Part shown: piece after piece, positions 20,332 to 27,476 of the stretch
Layout: each line of letters starts with the position of its first letter
Numbering within the stretch: position 1 is the first letter of the stretch
From: Candidatus Fermentibacteraceae bacterium
GTDB taxonomy: Bacteria; Fermentibacterota; Fermentibacteria; Fermentibacterales; JCC-6
Direction: 5' to 3'
Assembly: GCA_046485185.1 (NCBI GenBank)
Contig: JAWOHL010000089.1
Location: forward strand, 3,553-67,552
DNA length: 64,000 nucleotides
Made by a program: the position numbers and the translations under genes
Notes under the pieces: generated by a model
Database searches by the model: none
The model's input: the letters and a program-made list of their open reading frames with translations, nothing else
What the model was told of the DNA's origin: nothing

Positions 20332-20388
20332 CGGGTTAACCCCGGTTGCACAGCCGCCCTTGCAGCGGGTTGACCCCGGTTGCGCAGC
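20332..20388. repeat. Two 23-bp direct repeats (2 mismatches, 34-bp period) in the divergent hldA / DUF3467 intergenic region
   Basis: CGGGTTAACCCCGGTTGCACAGC (20332-20354) and CGGGTTGACCCCGGTTGCGCAGC (20366-20388). Confidence 0.7.
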
Positions 20389-20429
20389 AGTGCATAAGAT
20401 ACTGTTCATTTCTGCCACAGGAGGGAATA

Positions 20430-20744
20430 ATGCAAAACCAGCCCCCACGAATCAACATACGGGCCGAGAAGGCTTCGGGGGTCTACGCGAACATCGCCAT
20501 CGTCAACACATCCCAGGCCGAGTTCGTACTTGATTTCGCACGGATAATGCCCGGGCTCCCCGCCGCTGAACTGGAGTGCCGGGTCATCATGTCACCACAC
20601 AGGATCAAAGGCTTCATCGGCGCCCTGAAAGCGCAGGTGGACATGTATGAAAAAAGGTTCGGCCCTCTGGAGGATTCAGTTGAATCAGCGGGATCAATCG
20701 GTTTCCAGGTTCCTCAAACCCCTGAGGTCAAAGCCGTCCAGTAG
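20430..20744 (+). CDS. DUF3467 family protein
   Basis: GVYANIAIVNTSQAEFVLDFARIMPG core. The ATG at 20430 is preceded by a GGAGGGA RBS. Confidence 0.7.
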   Translation: MQNQPPRINIRAEKASGVYANIAIVNTSQAEFVLDFARIMPGLPAAELECRVIMSPHRIKGFIGALKAQVDMYEKRFGPLEDSVESAGSIGFQVPQTPEVKAVQ

Positions 20745-21396
20745 CACCGTCGTCAGGTGGGGTCTCTCACTGACGGTGGCGGTGTTCATCTGGCTTTTCT
20801 CAATCAGGGGGGTCGAGTTCACGGTCAGCCTTCCCGTAGAAGTCACTTATGCCACAGGCGAAGACGCAGTAGTACTCGGTAACCCACCGGAAAGCATCAT
20901 GGTCGAATTCGAGGCCGACGGCTTGAGCATGCTGGGTTTTCAGCTCATCGGAAAACCCGATGGGCTGAGCATGGTCGTGGACCTCAGGGGTTTTTCCCCG
21001 GACAGCCCCGGGATCACGAAACAGATCATCCTCAAAGACGACCTCTTCGAAAGCCTGCCCCTGATGGTTCGCGCTGAAGCATTCGAGCCTTCACTGATCG
21101 AGTTTTCCCTTGACAGGGTCGGCAGCAGGGTGCTTCCGGTAGCCGTGGTTTCCGGGCCCGTCCCCGCCAGGTACATGAGCACCTCGCTCAGGAAGTCCCA
21201 CGTGAGGGTCACGGGGCCCGCATCAGTGCTTTTATCCATCGACAGCGTTCACACAGAGCCCGTTTCGTCTGCTGTCCGAATGGAACAGCAGACGGCGCTT
21301 GCGCTTCCCGGCGGTGTATATTCCGACGAGACAGCCGCAGTGACACACCTTCGAAATCCCGTGCCGGTTGTTCCCGGGGTTCGAAGGGCGTATTGA
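20647..21396 (+). CDS. YbbR-like domain membrane-anchored protein
   Basis: N-terminal TM helix (WGLSLTVAVFIWLF) followed by repeated beta-rich YbbR-type segments (VRVTGPASVLLSIDSVHTEPV). An AGGTGG RBS lies 6 nt before the ATG at 20647. The gene overlaps the DUF3467 gene by 98 nt. Confidence 0.5.
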   Translation: MKKGSALWRIQLNQRDQSVSRFLKPLRSKPSSSTVVRWGLSLTVAVFIWLFSIRGVEFTVSLPVEVTYATGEDAVVLGNPPESIMVEFEADGLSMLGFQLIGKPDGLSMVVDLRGFSPDSPGITKQIILKDDLFESLPLMVRAEAFEPSLIEFSLDRVGSRVLPVAVVSGPVPARYMSTSLRKSHVRVTGPASVLLSIDSVHTEPVSSAVRMEQQTALALPGGVYSDETAAVTHLRNPVPVVPGVRRAY

Positions 21397-21422
21397 CACG
21401 GGTTGAAAGGGGTCGGTAAATT
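21393..21422 (+). promoter_or_regulatory. Sigma70-type promoter for the 320-aa gene
   Basis: TTGACA (21393-21398), 18-nt spacer, TAAATT (21417-21422). Confidence 0.5.
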
Positions 21423-21480
21423 ACCAAGAATGTCCGCAGTGCAACATTAACTGAAACACCAATCGGGGGGTTCTCAAGCC

Positions 21481-22443
21481 ATGGGATCTAGAGTTCTTGT
21501 GAGGGTCATCATTGTTCTGCTCGCCGCGATTCTCATATTCCGGATCCACCAGCGTGTTGAAGCATACCGCATCCCCCGCGAAAACTGCCGGGAACAGATG
21601 TACGGGCTGGCCAGGGCCAATGTTCAGCACATGCTGGAACACGAAGGTATTTCCGCCCCTGACATTGATTCGCTTCTCTCCTTCGCAGGTCTTCCCGATT
21701 CGACTGGTGTCTGCCCCACCCTGTGGGGCCAGAGCTTCACAGACTCCACATACCATTTCGATCCCAAGCTTTCACTCGGAACCCAGTTCGCCATCTCCTG
21801 CCCCAACCATGACCGTCACGGTGGCGTCACCGGTGGTCTCGTGGAAAAGGACTACCCCGATTCCCTTTTCTGCGAGGCAGACTGGATGCCCACGTTCATC
21901 CGCGTCAGCTTCCCCGAGTACGCGCACATTCGGCGTACCGAGGTCTCCCGTTCGGTGCTTGTCAGGGTCGGAGAAGAGCAGGCATCGCACATATACAACA
22001 GATACCCCGTCTCGCTCCGTCCCACCCAGGTGCAAAACCTTGGGATCGACATCTCCGCTGAAAGCGATCCACTCGGCGGTGAATACGTATTCGAGATCCT
22101 GCCCGACACCGTTTACACGTTCTGGGAGAGGCCGAGGGCATCGGGAAGGGCCAGAGGGCAGTCCATTAATATCCAGACCTGGCGCTTCGTGGGTTACTCC
22201 ACCTCAAACCCGGATACATCAAGGGTCGAGATCTACTTCAAACACCCGCTCCGTTTTCCCAGCCTCGCGGAAAACGCACTTCCCGGCGACCGCGACATGC
22301 TAACCATAATCCGCTACTGGGACAGGTCCGCACTGGGAACCCTCAGGGTCGAAACCCGGGAAATGGACCTCCTCGACCAGCCCACATGGGAATTCCTCAT
22401 GGCCAACAGGGAAAACCTCGAAGCGGTACCCGCGGAGAACTGA
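21481..22443 (+). CDS. Hypothetical membrane-anchored protein
   Basis: 320 aa with a single N-terminal TM helix and no motif I recognise. The competing frame 21512..22303 is S/P/T/R-rich junk. Confidence 0.5.
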   Translation: MGSRVLVRVIIVLLAAILIFRIHQRVEAYRIPRENCREQMYGLARANVQHMLEHEGISAPDIDSLLSFAGLPDSTGVCPTLWGQSFTDSTYHFDPKLSLGTQFAISCPNHDRHGGVTGGLVEKDYPDSLFCEADWMPTFIRVSFPEYAHIRRTEVSRSVLVRVGEEQASHIYNRYPVSLRPTQVQNLGIDISAESDPLGGEYVFEILPDTVYTFWERPRASGRARGQSINIQTWRFVGYSTSNPDTSRVEIYFKHPLRFPSLAENALPGDRDMLTIIRYWDRSALGTLRVETREMDLLDQPTWEFLMANRENLEAVPAEN

Positions 22444-22459
22444 TCCTCACGGCCAAAGT

Positions 22460-22489
22460 GAAGCGGGGGGAACTCTTTCCCTCCGCTTC
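22460..22489 (+). terminator. Hairpin downstream of the 320-aa gene
   Basis: GAAGCGGGGGG / CCCTCCGCTTC stem with an 8-nt loop and no U-tract. Confidence 0.35.
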
Positions 22490-22567
22490 GTGTATAGTTG
22501 GGGTGTAAACCGTGTCTTACCGAAACCCATCCAATTTTCATTCCAGCGCCGTACTGAAAGGTGGCAA

Positions 22568-22795
22568 GTGGTGAAGTACTTTGACAAGACCGAACAGAAG
22601 GCTGCTTCGGTTGAAAATCAGTACCTGTTCACGATAGCGGTTTCCAAGAGGGTCCGTAGCATCCAGGAGGGCGCTCCCATTCTCGTGGAGGGAATCGCTC
22701 AGCCCGAGGAGCAGGCCTCCGAGGCAGCCATGACCGAGTTCGCAAACAACCGCATCGACTACGAACTGGAAGCAAAAACGAAAAGGGAGAACTGA
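22568..22795 (+). CDS. rpoZ: Probable DNA-directed RNA polymerase subunit omega
   Basis: ENQYLFTIAVSKRVRSI resembles the conserved omega helix (compare Thermus DSKYRLTVVVAKRAQQL). It has an acidic C-terminal tail. GTG start with a GAAAGGTGG RBS. Confidence 0.55.
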   Translation: MVKYFDKTEQKAASVENQYLFTIAVSKRVRSIQEGAPILVEGIAQPEEQASEAAMTEFANNRIDYELEAKTKREN

Positions 22796-22799
22796 CAAC

Positions 22800-24803
22800 A
22801 TGCTCGGAAAGATCGTCATTCCTCTCGCGGCACTTCTTCTGCTGCTGAGTGCAGCCTGCGGAACACGCCCCCTCGGAGAGGGCGAGGTCGCAAGGATAGG
22901 GTCCAGAATTATCACGATGGAGGAGCTGGAACGGGAACTGCAGCGCATCCCCCCTTACCAGAGGGCTCCCTTCGAGACCCTGCAGGGCCGGAAGCAGCTT
23001 CTGAACCATATCATTGAACGCGAACTCCTTCTTGCCGCCGCGATAGACGAGGGTCTCGAGAACGACTCGACCGTTCTTGTCCAGGTGGCACTGGCGGAAG
23101 AAATGGTGGAAAGCGTCAGACAAAGGGCCATGACCCAGGCGTTCTATCAGCGCCACGTGATCGAGGCCGTGCAGGTGCCGGACTCCATGCTCATCGCCTA
23201 CTACAACGAGAACCTCGATGCCAGGTTCCGCCGTCAGGCAACGGCCCAGATCGCCCACATCCTGCTCTCAACGCCCCAGACGATCGAAGAGGTACGTACA
23301 AGGCTGGACTCGGGCGAATCCTTCGACTCCGTGGCAGTGGAAATGAGCGAGCACGCCGTTACACGGAACCAGGGCGGTCGAATGGGAATGGTCGAGCAGA
23401 ACGGCAACATCCCCTACATCGGCACCGACACGACCCTTGCCGCCCTGCTTCTCGCCGCCCCCGAGGGCGGCATCGTGGGTCCGGTCGAAACCTCTCTGGG
23501 AACGCATTTCTTCATGGTGACCGAGATCGAACCCGAGGGATACGTTCCTCTCGATGATGCCCGGGAATCAATTGTAAGCGTACTGAAGCCCGCTCTGGTC
23601 AACGAGTACTTCAAGAACACGCTGATACCCGAGCTTCATGAAAGGTACGACGTCCAGGTCTTCGATGACCCCGACGCGGAAGTCCTTGCAACAATTGGCG
23701 AAAACTCCATAACCCGCACCGATATCGAGACTGCCATCGAAGCCATCCCCTACTACCAGCGGGAAGCCTACGACACCGTCGAGGGGCGCCAGATCCTCCT
23801 CGGCAGCCTCATCGAACAGGAGATCCTCGAGCTGGCGGCTGACGGATTGGGCATGGAGCAGGATTCCTTCGTCGTAGCCCAGGTTGAGATGGCGATGGAA
23901 CAGGCTGAACAGGCCAGGAACAGCGCCCTCATCCAGGAGTACTACAACCGCTTCGTGGTTGCGGCTGCGCCTGTTTCCGAAGGGGCAATACAGGAATACT
24001 ACACCGCGCACATCAACGACATTTACCATCAGAACGCCCAGACGCGGTTCTCGGTGGTGGCAACTGTCCGGGGAGAACAGCAGGAGCTGGTGCAGGCTCT
24101 TCTGGACCAGGGCGTACCCTTCGACTCAGTGGCTTCCACGCACAGCATCCACGAACCCACGGCAGTCGTCAGCGGAGACCTGGGATGGGTGACCTCCGAC
24201 GCTCCCCTGCCCTACATGGGCGGCCGGCCCGAATTCGCAGACGAGCTGTTCGCTGCGCCTGTCGGCACGGTGCTTGGTCCCTGGCCCACTGAGGTCGGCA
24301 TAACCTGGTTCAAGGTCACAGATTCGGTCGAGGAGGGTTCCAGACCCCTCGCCGAGGTCAGAGAGTCCATCGAAGCAGCCCTGAAACCCGAGGTCGTTAA
24401 CAATTACCTCAGGAACACCGTATTCCCGGCCCTGATGGAGGAGTACGAGGTCGAGATCAACGAGGATGCCTTCCTGCCCGCGGTCTCGATCGGAGCCGAC
24501 AGCCTGATGTCGCTCGCCCAGGAAACAATGGGCACCGATCCCGAAACAGCGGTTCGCTATTTCGCACTCTTCGTCGAGAGATACCCCGACAACCCCAGGT
24601 GCGATCAGGCGGTTTTCCTCAAGGGCTTCACACTGAGCGAGAAGCTCGGCAACTACGACGCGGCCCGCGAGGCTTTCCGCGAGGTCACCGCTTCCTACCC
24701 CGAAAGCGACCTTGTCGACGACGCTGAGTGGATGATCGAGAACATGGACAAACCCATCGAGATGTTCATCCCCGCCACGGAAGACTCGGTAACAATTCAG
24801 TAG
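22800..24803 (+). CDS. SurA/PpiD-like peptidyl-prolyl isomerase lipoprotein with two parvulin domains and a C-terminal TPR-like domain
   Basis: Lipobox LLSAACG. Two PpiC-type segments (...GGRMGMVEQ...GTHFFMV... and ...GDLGWVTSD...GITWFKV...). Confidence 0.75.
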   Translation: MLGKIVIPLAALLLLLSAACGTRPLGEGEVARIGSRIITMEELERELQRIPPYQRAPFETLQGRKQLLNHIIERELLLAAAIDEGLENDSTVLVQVALAEEMVESVRQRAMTQAFYQRHVIEAVQVPDSMLIAYYNENLDARFRRQATAQIAHILLSTPQTIEEVRTRLDSGESFDSVAVEMSEHAVTRNQGGRMGMVEQNGNIPYIGTDTTLAALLLAAPEGGIVGPVETSLGTHFFMVTEIEPEGYVPLDDARESIVSVLKPALVNEYFKNTLIPELHERYDVQVFDDPDAEVLATIGENSITRTDIETAIEAIPYYQREAYDTVEGRQILLGSLIEQEILELAADGLGMEQDSFVVAQVEMAMEQAEQARNSALIQEYYNRFVVAAAPVSEGAIQEYYTAHINDIYHQNAQTRFSVVATVRGEQQELVQALLDQGVPFDSVASTHSIHEPTAVVSGDLGWVTSDAPLPYMGGRPEFADELFAAPVGTVLGPWPTEVGITWFKVTDSVEEGSRPLAEVRESIEAALKPEVVNNYLRNTVFPALMEEYEVEINEDAFLPAVSIGADSLMSLAQETMGTDPETAVRYFALFVERYPDNPRCDQAVFLKGFTLSEKLGNYDAAREAFREVTASYPESDLVDDAEWMIENMDKPIEMFIPATEDSVTIQ

Positions 24804-24814
24804 CCCTTCTTCAG

Positions 24815-24858
24815 CCCCGGCCCTCCCCAATGCGCGGGTGGGCCGGGGTTCCCTTATT
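24815..24858 (+). terminator. Rho-independent terminator after the PPIase gene
   Basis: CCCCGGCCC (24815-24823) pairs with GGGCCGGGG (24840-24848), followed by TTCCCTTATT. Confidence 0.6.
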
Positions 24859-24943
24859 CCCGTCATCGAGACCACTGCCCCGGCCATTTACGGTTCAGTA
24901 TAGTTGGCTGGTGTGGTACTCATCTGCATCACGGGAGGCTTTT

Positions 24944-26608
24944 TTGAAAACCCTGTTCCGGTTCACCTTCGTCCTGGCGGTAATTCTTGCCGCCGGTTGC
25001 GGGCCGTCCACAACACCTTCCACCCCACAGGAGAAGGCTGCAAGGGCCGACGCCCTCATGACGGAGAGCAGGTTCAACGACGCTCTCGAGCTTTATTCTT
25101 CGGCGCTTTCCGAGGCTCCTGACTCCCCGAATGCCCCTCGCTGGAGGGCAGCTTCCGCGGAAGCCCTTGCGGAGATGGGCAGGTTCTCCGAAGCCCTGAA
25201 TTTGGCCGACAGGTTGATAAACTCGTCCAGCGAACCGGTCGTCCTCTCCCGGGCATACCTTGCAAGGGCCATCGCCGAACTCTCCTCACCGGGCAGGGCT
25301 CTCTCCGTCCTGGCCCTGACCGATCCCGGCATTCTCGACAGGCACCGTCAGGAAAAGGTTGTGGAACTCGCCCGTGAACTCCTTCGCGAGGCCGACACCG
25401 ACGCTGTCGCCGCAGCCCGGTCGGACAACTGGCTCGAGGTGTTCGTTCTGCTCGAGCTGGAAAGGCGTTTCACCATCGAGGGCGACGCGGCCAAGGCCGC
25501 CCTCTACACGGCAGAGTTGAACAGGTTGTACCCGGGGGCCAGGGAACGATGGGGCGAAGCCGTCACCCCCCCCGCTTCCGGCGAGAAGTACTTCGCCCTG
25601 GTCCTTCCCCTGACCGGTGAGGGCTCGGAGTTCGCCGTCCCCGTCCAAAGGGGCGTCATGATGGCCTTTGAGCGTTTCGGCGAGATGCACTCCGCCCCTC
25701 CGGCTCTAAGGGTCATCGACACGGGGGCCTCTTCGGAAGACATTGCCGCGCTCTTCTCGACGCTGGGTTCCGATGCCTCATGCATGGGGGTCATCGGTCC
25801 GCTCACCAGTTCAACCACCCTGCAGGCCGCCCCTTCCGCCAACCGTGAACGCCTTCCCGTGATCTCCCCGACCGCCACCAGCGAAGAGGTTGACAGGGCA
25901 GGTTCATGGGTTTTCAGGCTCGTGGTGAGCGAAGGCGACCAGGCGGCGGCCATCGCCGAGTACGCTGTGCTCAGGGCGGGATGCAGACGCCTGGCGATAA
26001 TCCACCCACCTACCTCGCAGGCGAACAGCGAGGTCAGCCAGTTCAGGGCCACGGTGGAAAGTCTCGGAGCAAGCGTGGTCGCCACCGAAGGCTATCAAAG
26101 CGGAGCAACCGACTTCCGAAACCAGATAGCGAGGGTCAAGGCCGCGGGAGCCGACGGCGTTTTCCTTCCCGTGTCATCGTGGGACGCGATCCAGATCGCT
26201 CCCCAGCTGCAGTTCTACAGGGTCAGACTGCCCCTCTTCGGAACTTCGGGATGGGACAGCGATCTTCTCGTCAGGCACGGGGGCGACTCGGTGGAAGAAG
26301 CTGTTTTCACCGCAGCAAGCGGGCTGGAATCGACCCGCCCCGAGACGGCGGGCTTTGTGTACGCGTACACCAGGGAGCACGGTCAGTCACCATCCATAAT
26401 TGCGGCACAGGGGTACGATGCCGCCGGGATAATTCTGGAAGCATGGCATATGGGAGGCCGGTCGAGGGCAGGGGTGCAGCGAAGACTGGCAGACAGGGGG
26501 GCATGGTTCGGCGCCAGCGGCAGATGTGTTCTCGGAAGCTCCACCGATGTCAGGGTGTCATGGCCCCTGCTCACGGTGAGGGAAGGCGAAATACTGGGAA
26601 TTGAGTAG
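24944..26608 (+). CDS. Lipoprotein with N-terminal TPR region and a type-1 periplasmic-binding fold (LivK/LpoA-like)
   Basis: TTG at 24944 with a GGGAGG RBS 5 nt upstream. Lipobox LAAGCG. YFALVLPLTGEGSEFAVPVQRGVMMAFE is typical of the Peripla_BP_6/LppC fold. Confidence 0.55.
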   Translation: MKTLFRFTFVLAVILAAGCGPSTTPSTPQEKAARADALMTESRFNDALELYSSALSEAPDSPNAPRWRAASAEALAEMGRFSEALNLADRLINSSSEPVVLSRAYLARAIAELSSPGRALSVLALTDPGILDRHRQEKVVELARELLREADTDAVAAARSDNWLEVFVLLELERRFTIEGDAAKAALYTAELNRLYPGARERWGEAVTPPASGEKYFALVLPLTGEGSEFAVPVQRGVMMAFERFGEMHSAPPALRVIDTGASSEDIAALFSTLGSDASCMGVIGPLTSSTTLQAAPSANRERLPVISPTATSEEVDRAGSWVFRLVVSEGDQAAAIAEYAVLRAGCRRLAIIHPPTSQANSEVSQFRATVESLGASVVATEGYQSGATDFRNQIARVKAAGADGVFLPVSSWDAIQIAPQLQFYRVRLPLFGTSGWDSDLLVRHGGDSVEEAVFTAASGLESTRPETAGFVYAYTREHGQSPSIIAAQGYDAAGIILEAWHMGGRSRAGVQRRLADRGAWFGASGRCVLGSSTDVRVSWPLLTVREGEILGIE

Positions 26609-27476
26609 CAACGGCTTCTGGGGCGTGGATATCGGCGGTTCCACCGCCATCATAGGTCATCTGGGCCGCGATGGGGCTTTCTGCATGGCGGAGGTCCTCG
26701 ATACAGGTCCGTGTCGGCAACCGGCTTCTGTTCTCGCTTCCATTGCCACGGTCATTCGAAGGTTCGACCCCTCGCCCGCCGCCGTGGGTGTTGGAATAGC
26801 CGGCCTTGTGGACGTTAAGAGGGGGTTTCTCTCCTTCAGCCCCAACCTTCCCCTCTGGAGCGGAACACCCATCGCGTCTTCGCTCTCCAGGATGATGGGA
26901 GGGGCACAGGTTTTCGTGGACAACGACTGCAACGCCTTTGCCATCGGCGCCCTGCACAAGGGGATCATTCCCGGAGCAGGCCTCTGGCTTTTTATAACTT
27001 TGGGAACAGGGATCGGCGGTTGTGTGATCTCCGAGGGAAAGATCCTCTACGGAACCGGAACCGCCGGGGAATTCGGCCACATGACCATCAGGGAAGGCGG
27101 AAGGAAGTGTACGTGCGGCCTCAGGGGCTGCTGGGAAAGGTATGCCGCCCGGGATGCGCTCATCTCGTTCTACGATGGCCGGACCGAACCCAAAGGCATC
27201 GCAGCGAAAGCGCGAAAGGGTGATGAAAGGGCGATGGCCGCCTTCAACGACTACGGGGTATGGCTGGGGCGCGGCATGGCCAATCTGGAGAAGTGTCTGG
27301 CCCCCGATGGCTTTTTCCTCGCTGGGGGGCTCTGCACCTGCTTCCATCTCTTCGGGAAACAGGCAAAGCGCGAGTTCGAGTCACGCTGCCCGAACACATG
27401 GAGAGTGGCCGCCCTGCCCGACTCATCTACTGCCGGGGCTTTCGGCGCCGCTGCAATGGCCGCGGGAAAATGCTGA
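26601..27476 (+). CDS. ROK family sugar kinase (glucokinase-like)
   Basis: WGVDIGGS ATP motif and CTCGLRGCWE ROK zinc motif. It overlaps its neighbours by 8 and 7 nt. Confidence 0.8.
   Translation: MSSNGFWGVDIGGSTAIIGHLGRDGAFCMAEVLDTGPCRQPASVLASIATVIRRFDPSPAAVGVGIAGLVDVKRGFLSFSPNLPLWSGTPIASSLSRMMGGAQVFVDNDCNAFAIGALHKGIIPGAGLWLFITLGTGIGGCVISEGKILYGTGTAGEFGHMTIREGGRKCTCGLRGCWERYAARDALISFYDGRTEPKGIAAKARKGDERAMAAFNDYGVWLGRGMANLEKCLAPDGFFLAGGLCTCFHLFGKQAKREFESRCPNTWRVAALPDSSTAGAFGAAAMAAGKC

Noticed and set aside
21512-22303. 263-aa alternative-frame ORF inside the 320-aa gene.
   Set aside because: The translation is a Ser/Pro/Thr/Arg-rich low-complexity sequence. The 21481 frame has the TM helix, balanced composition, and a promoter and RBS context.
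22460-22489. GGAACT inside the hairpin loop upstream of rpoZ as an ECF-sigma -35 element.
   Set aside because: It lies in the loop of a terminator-like hairpin, and the downstream spacing and sequence (TGTATA) do not match the ECF -10 consensus well.
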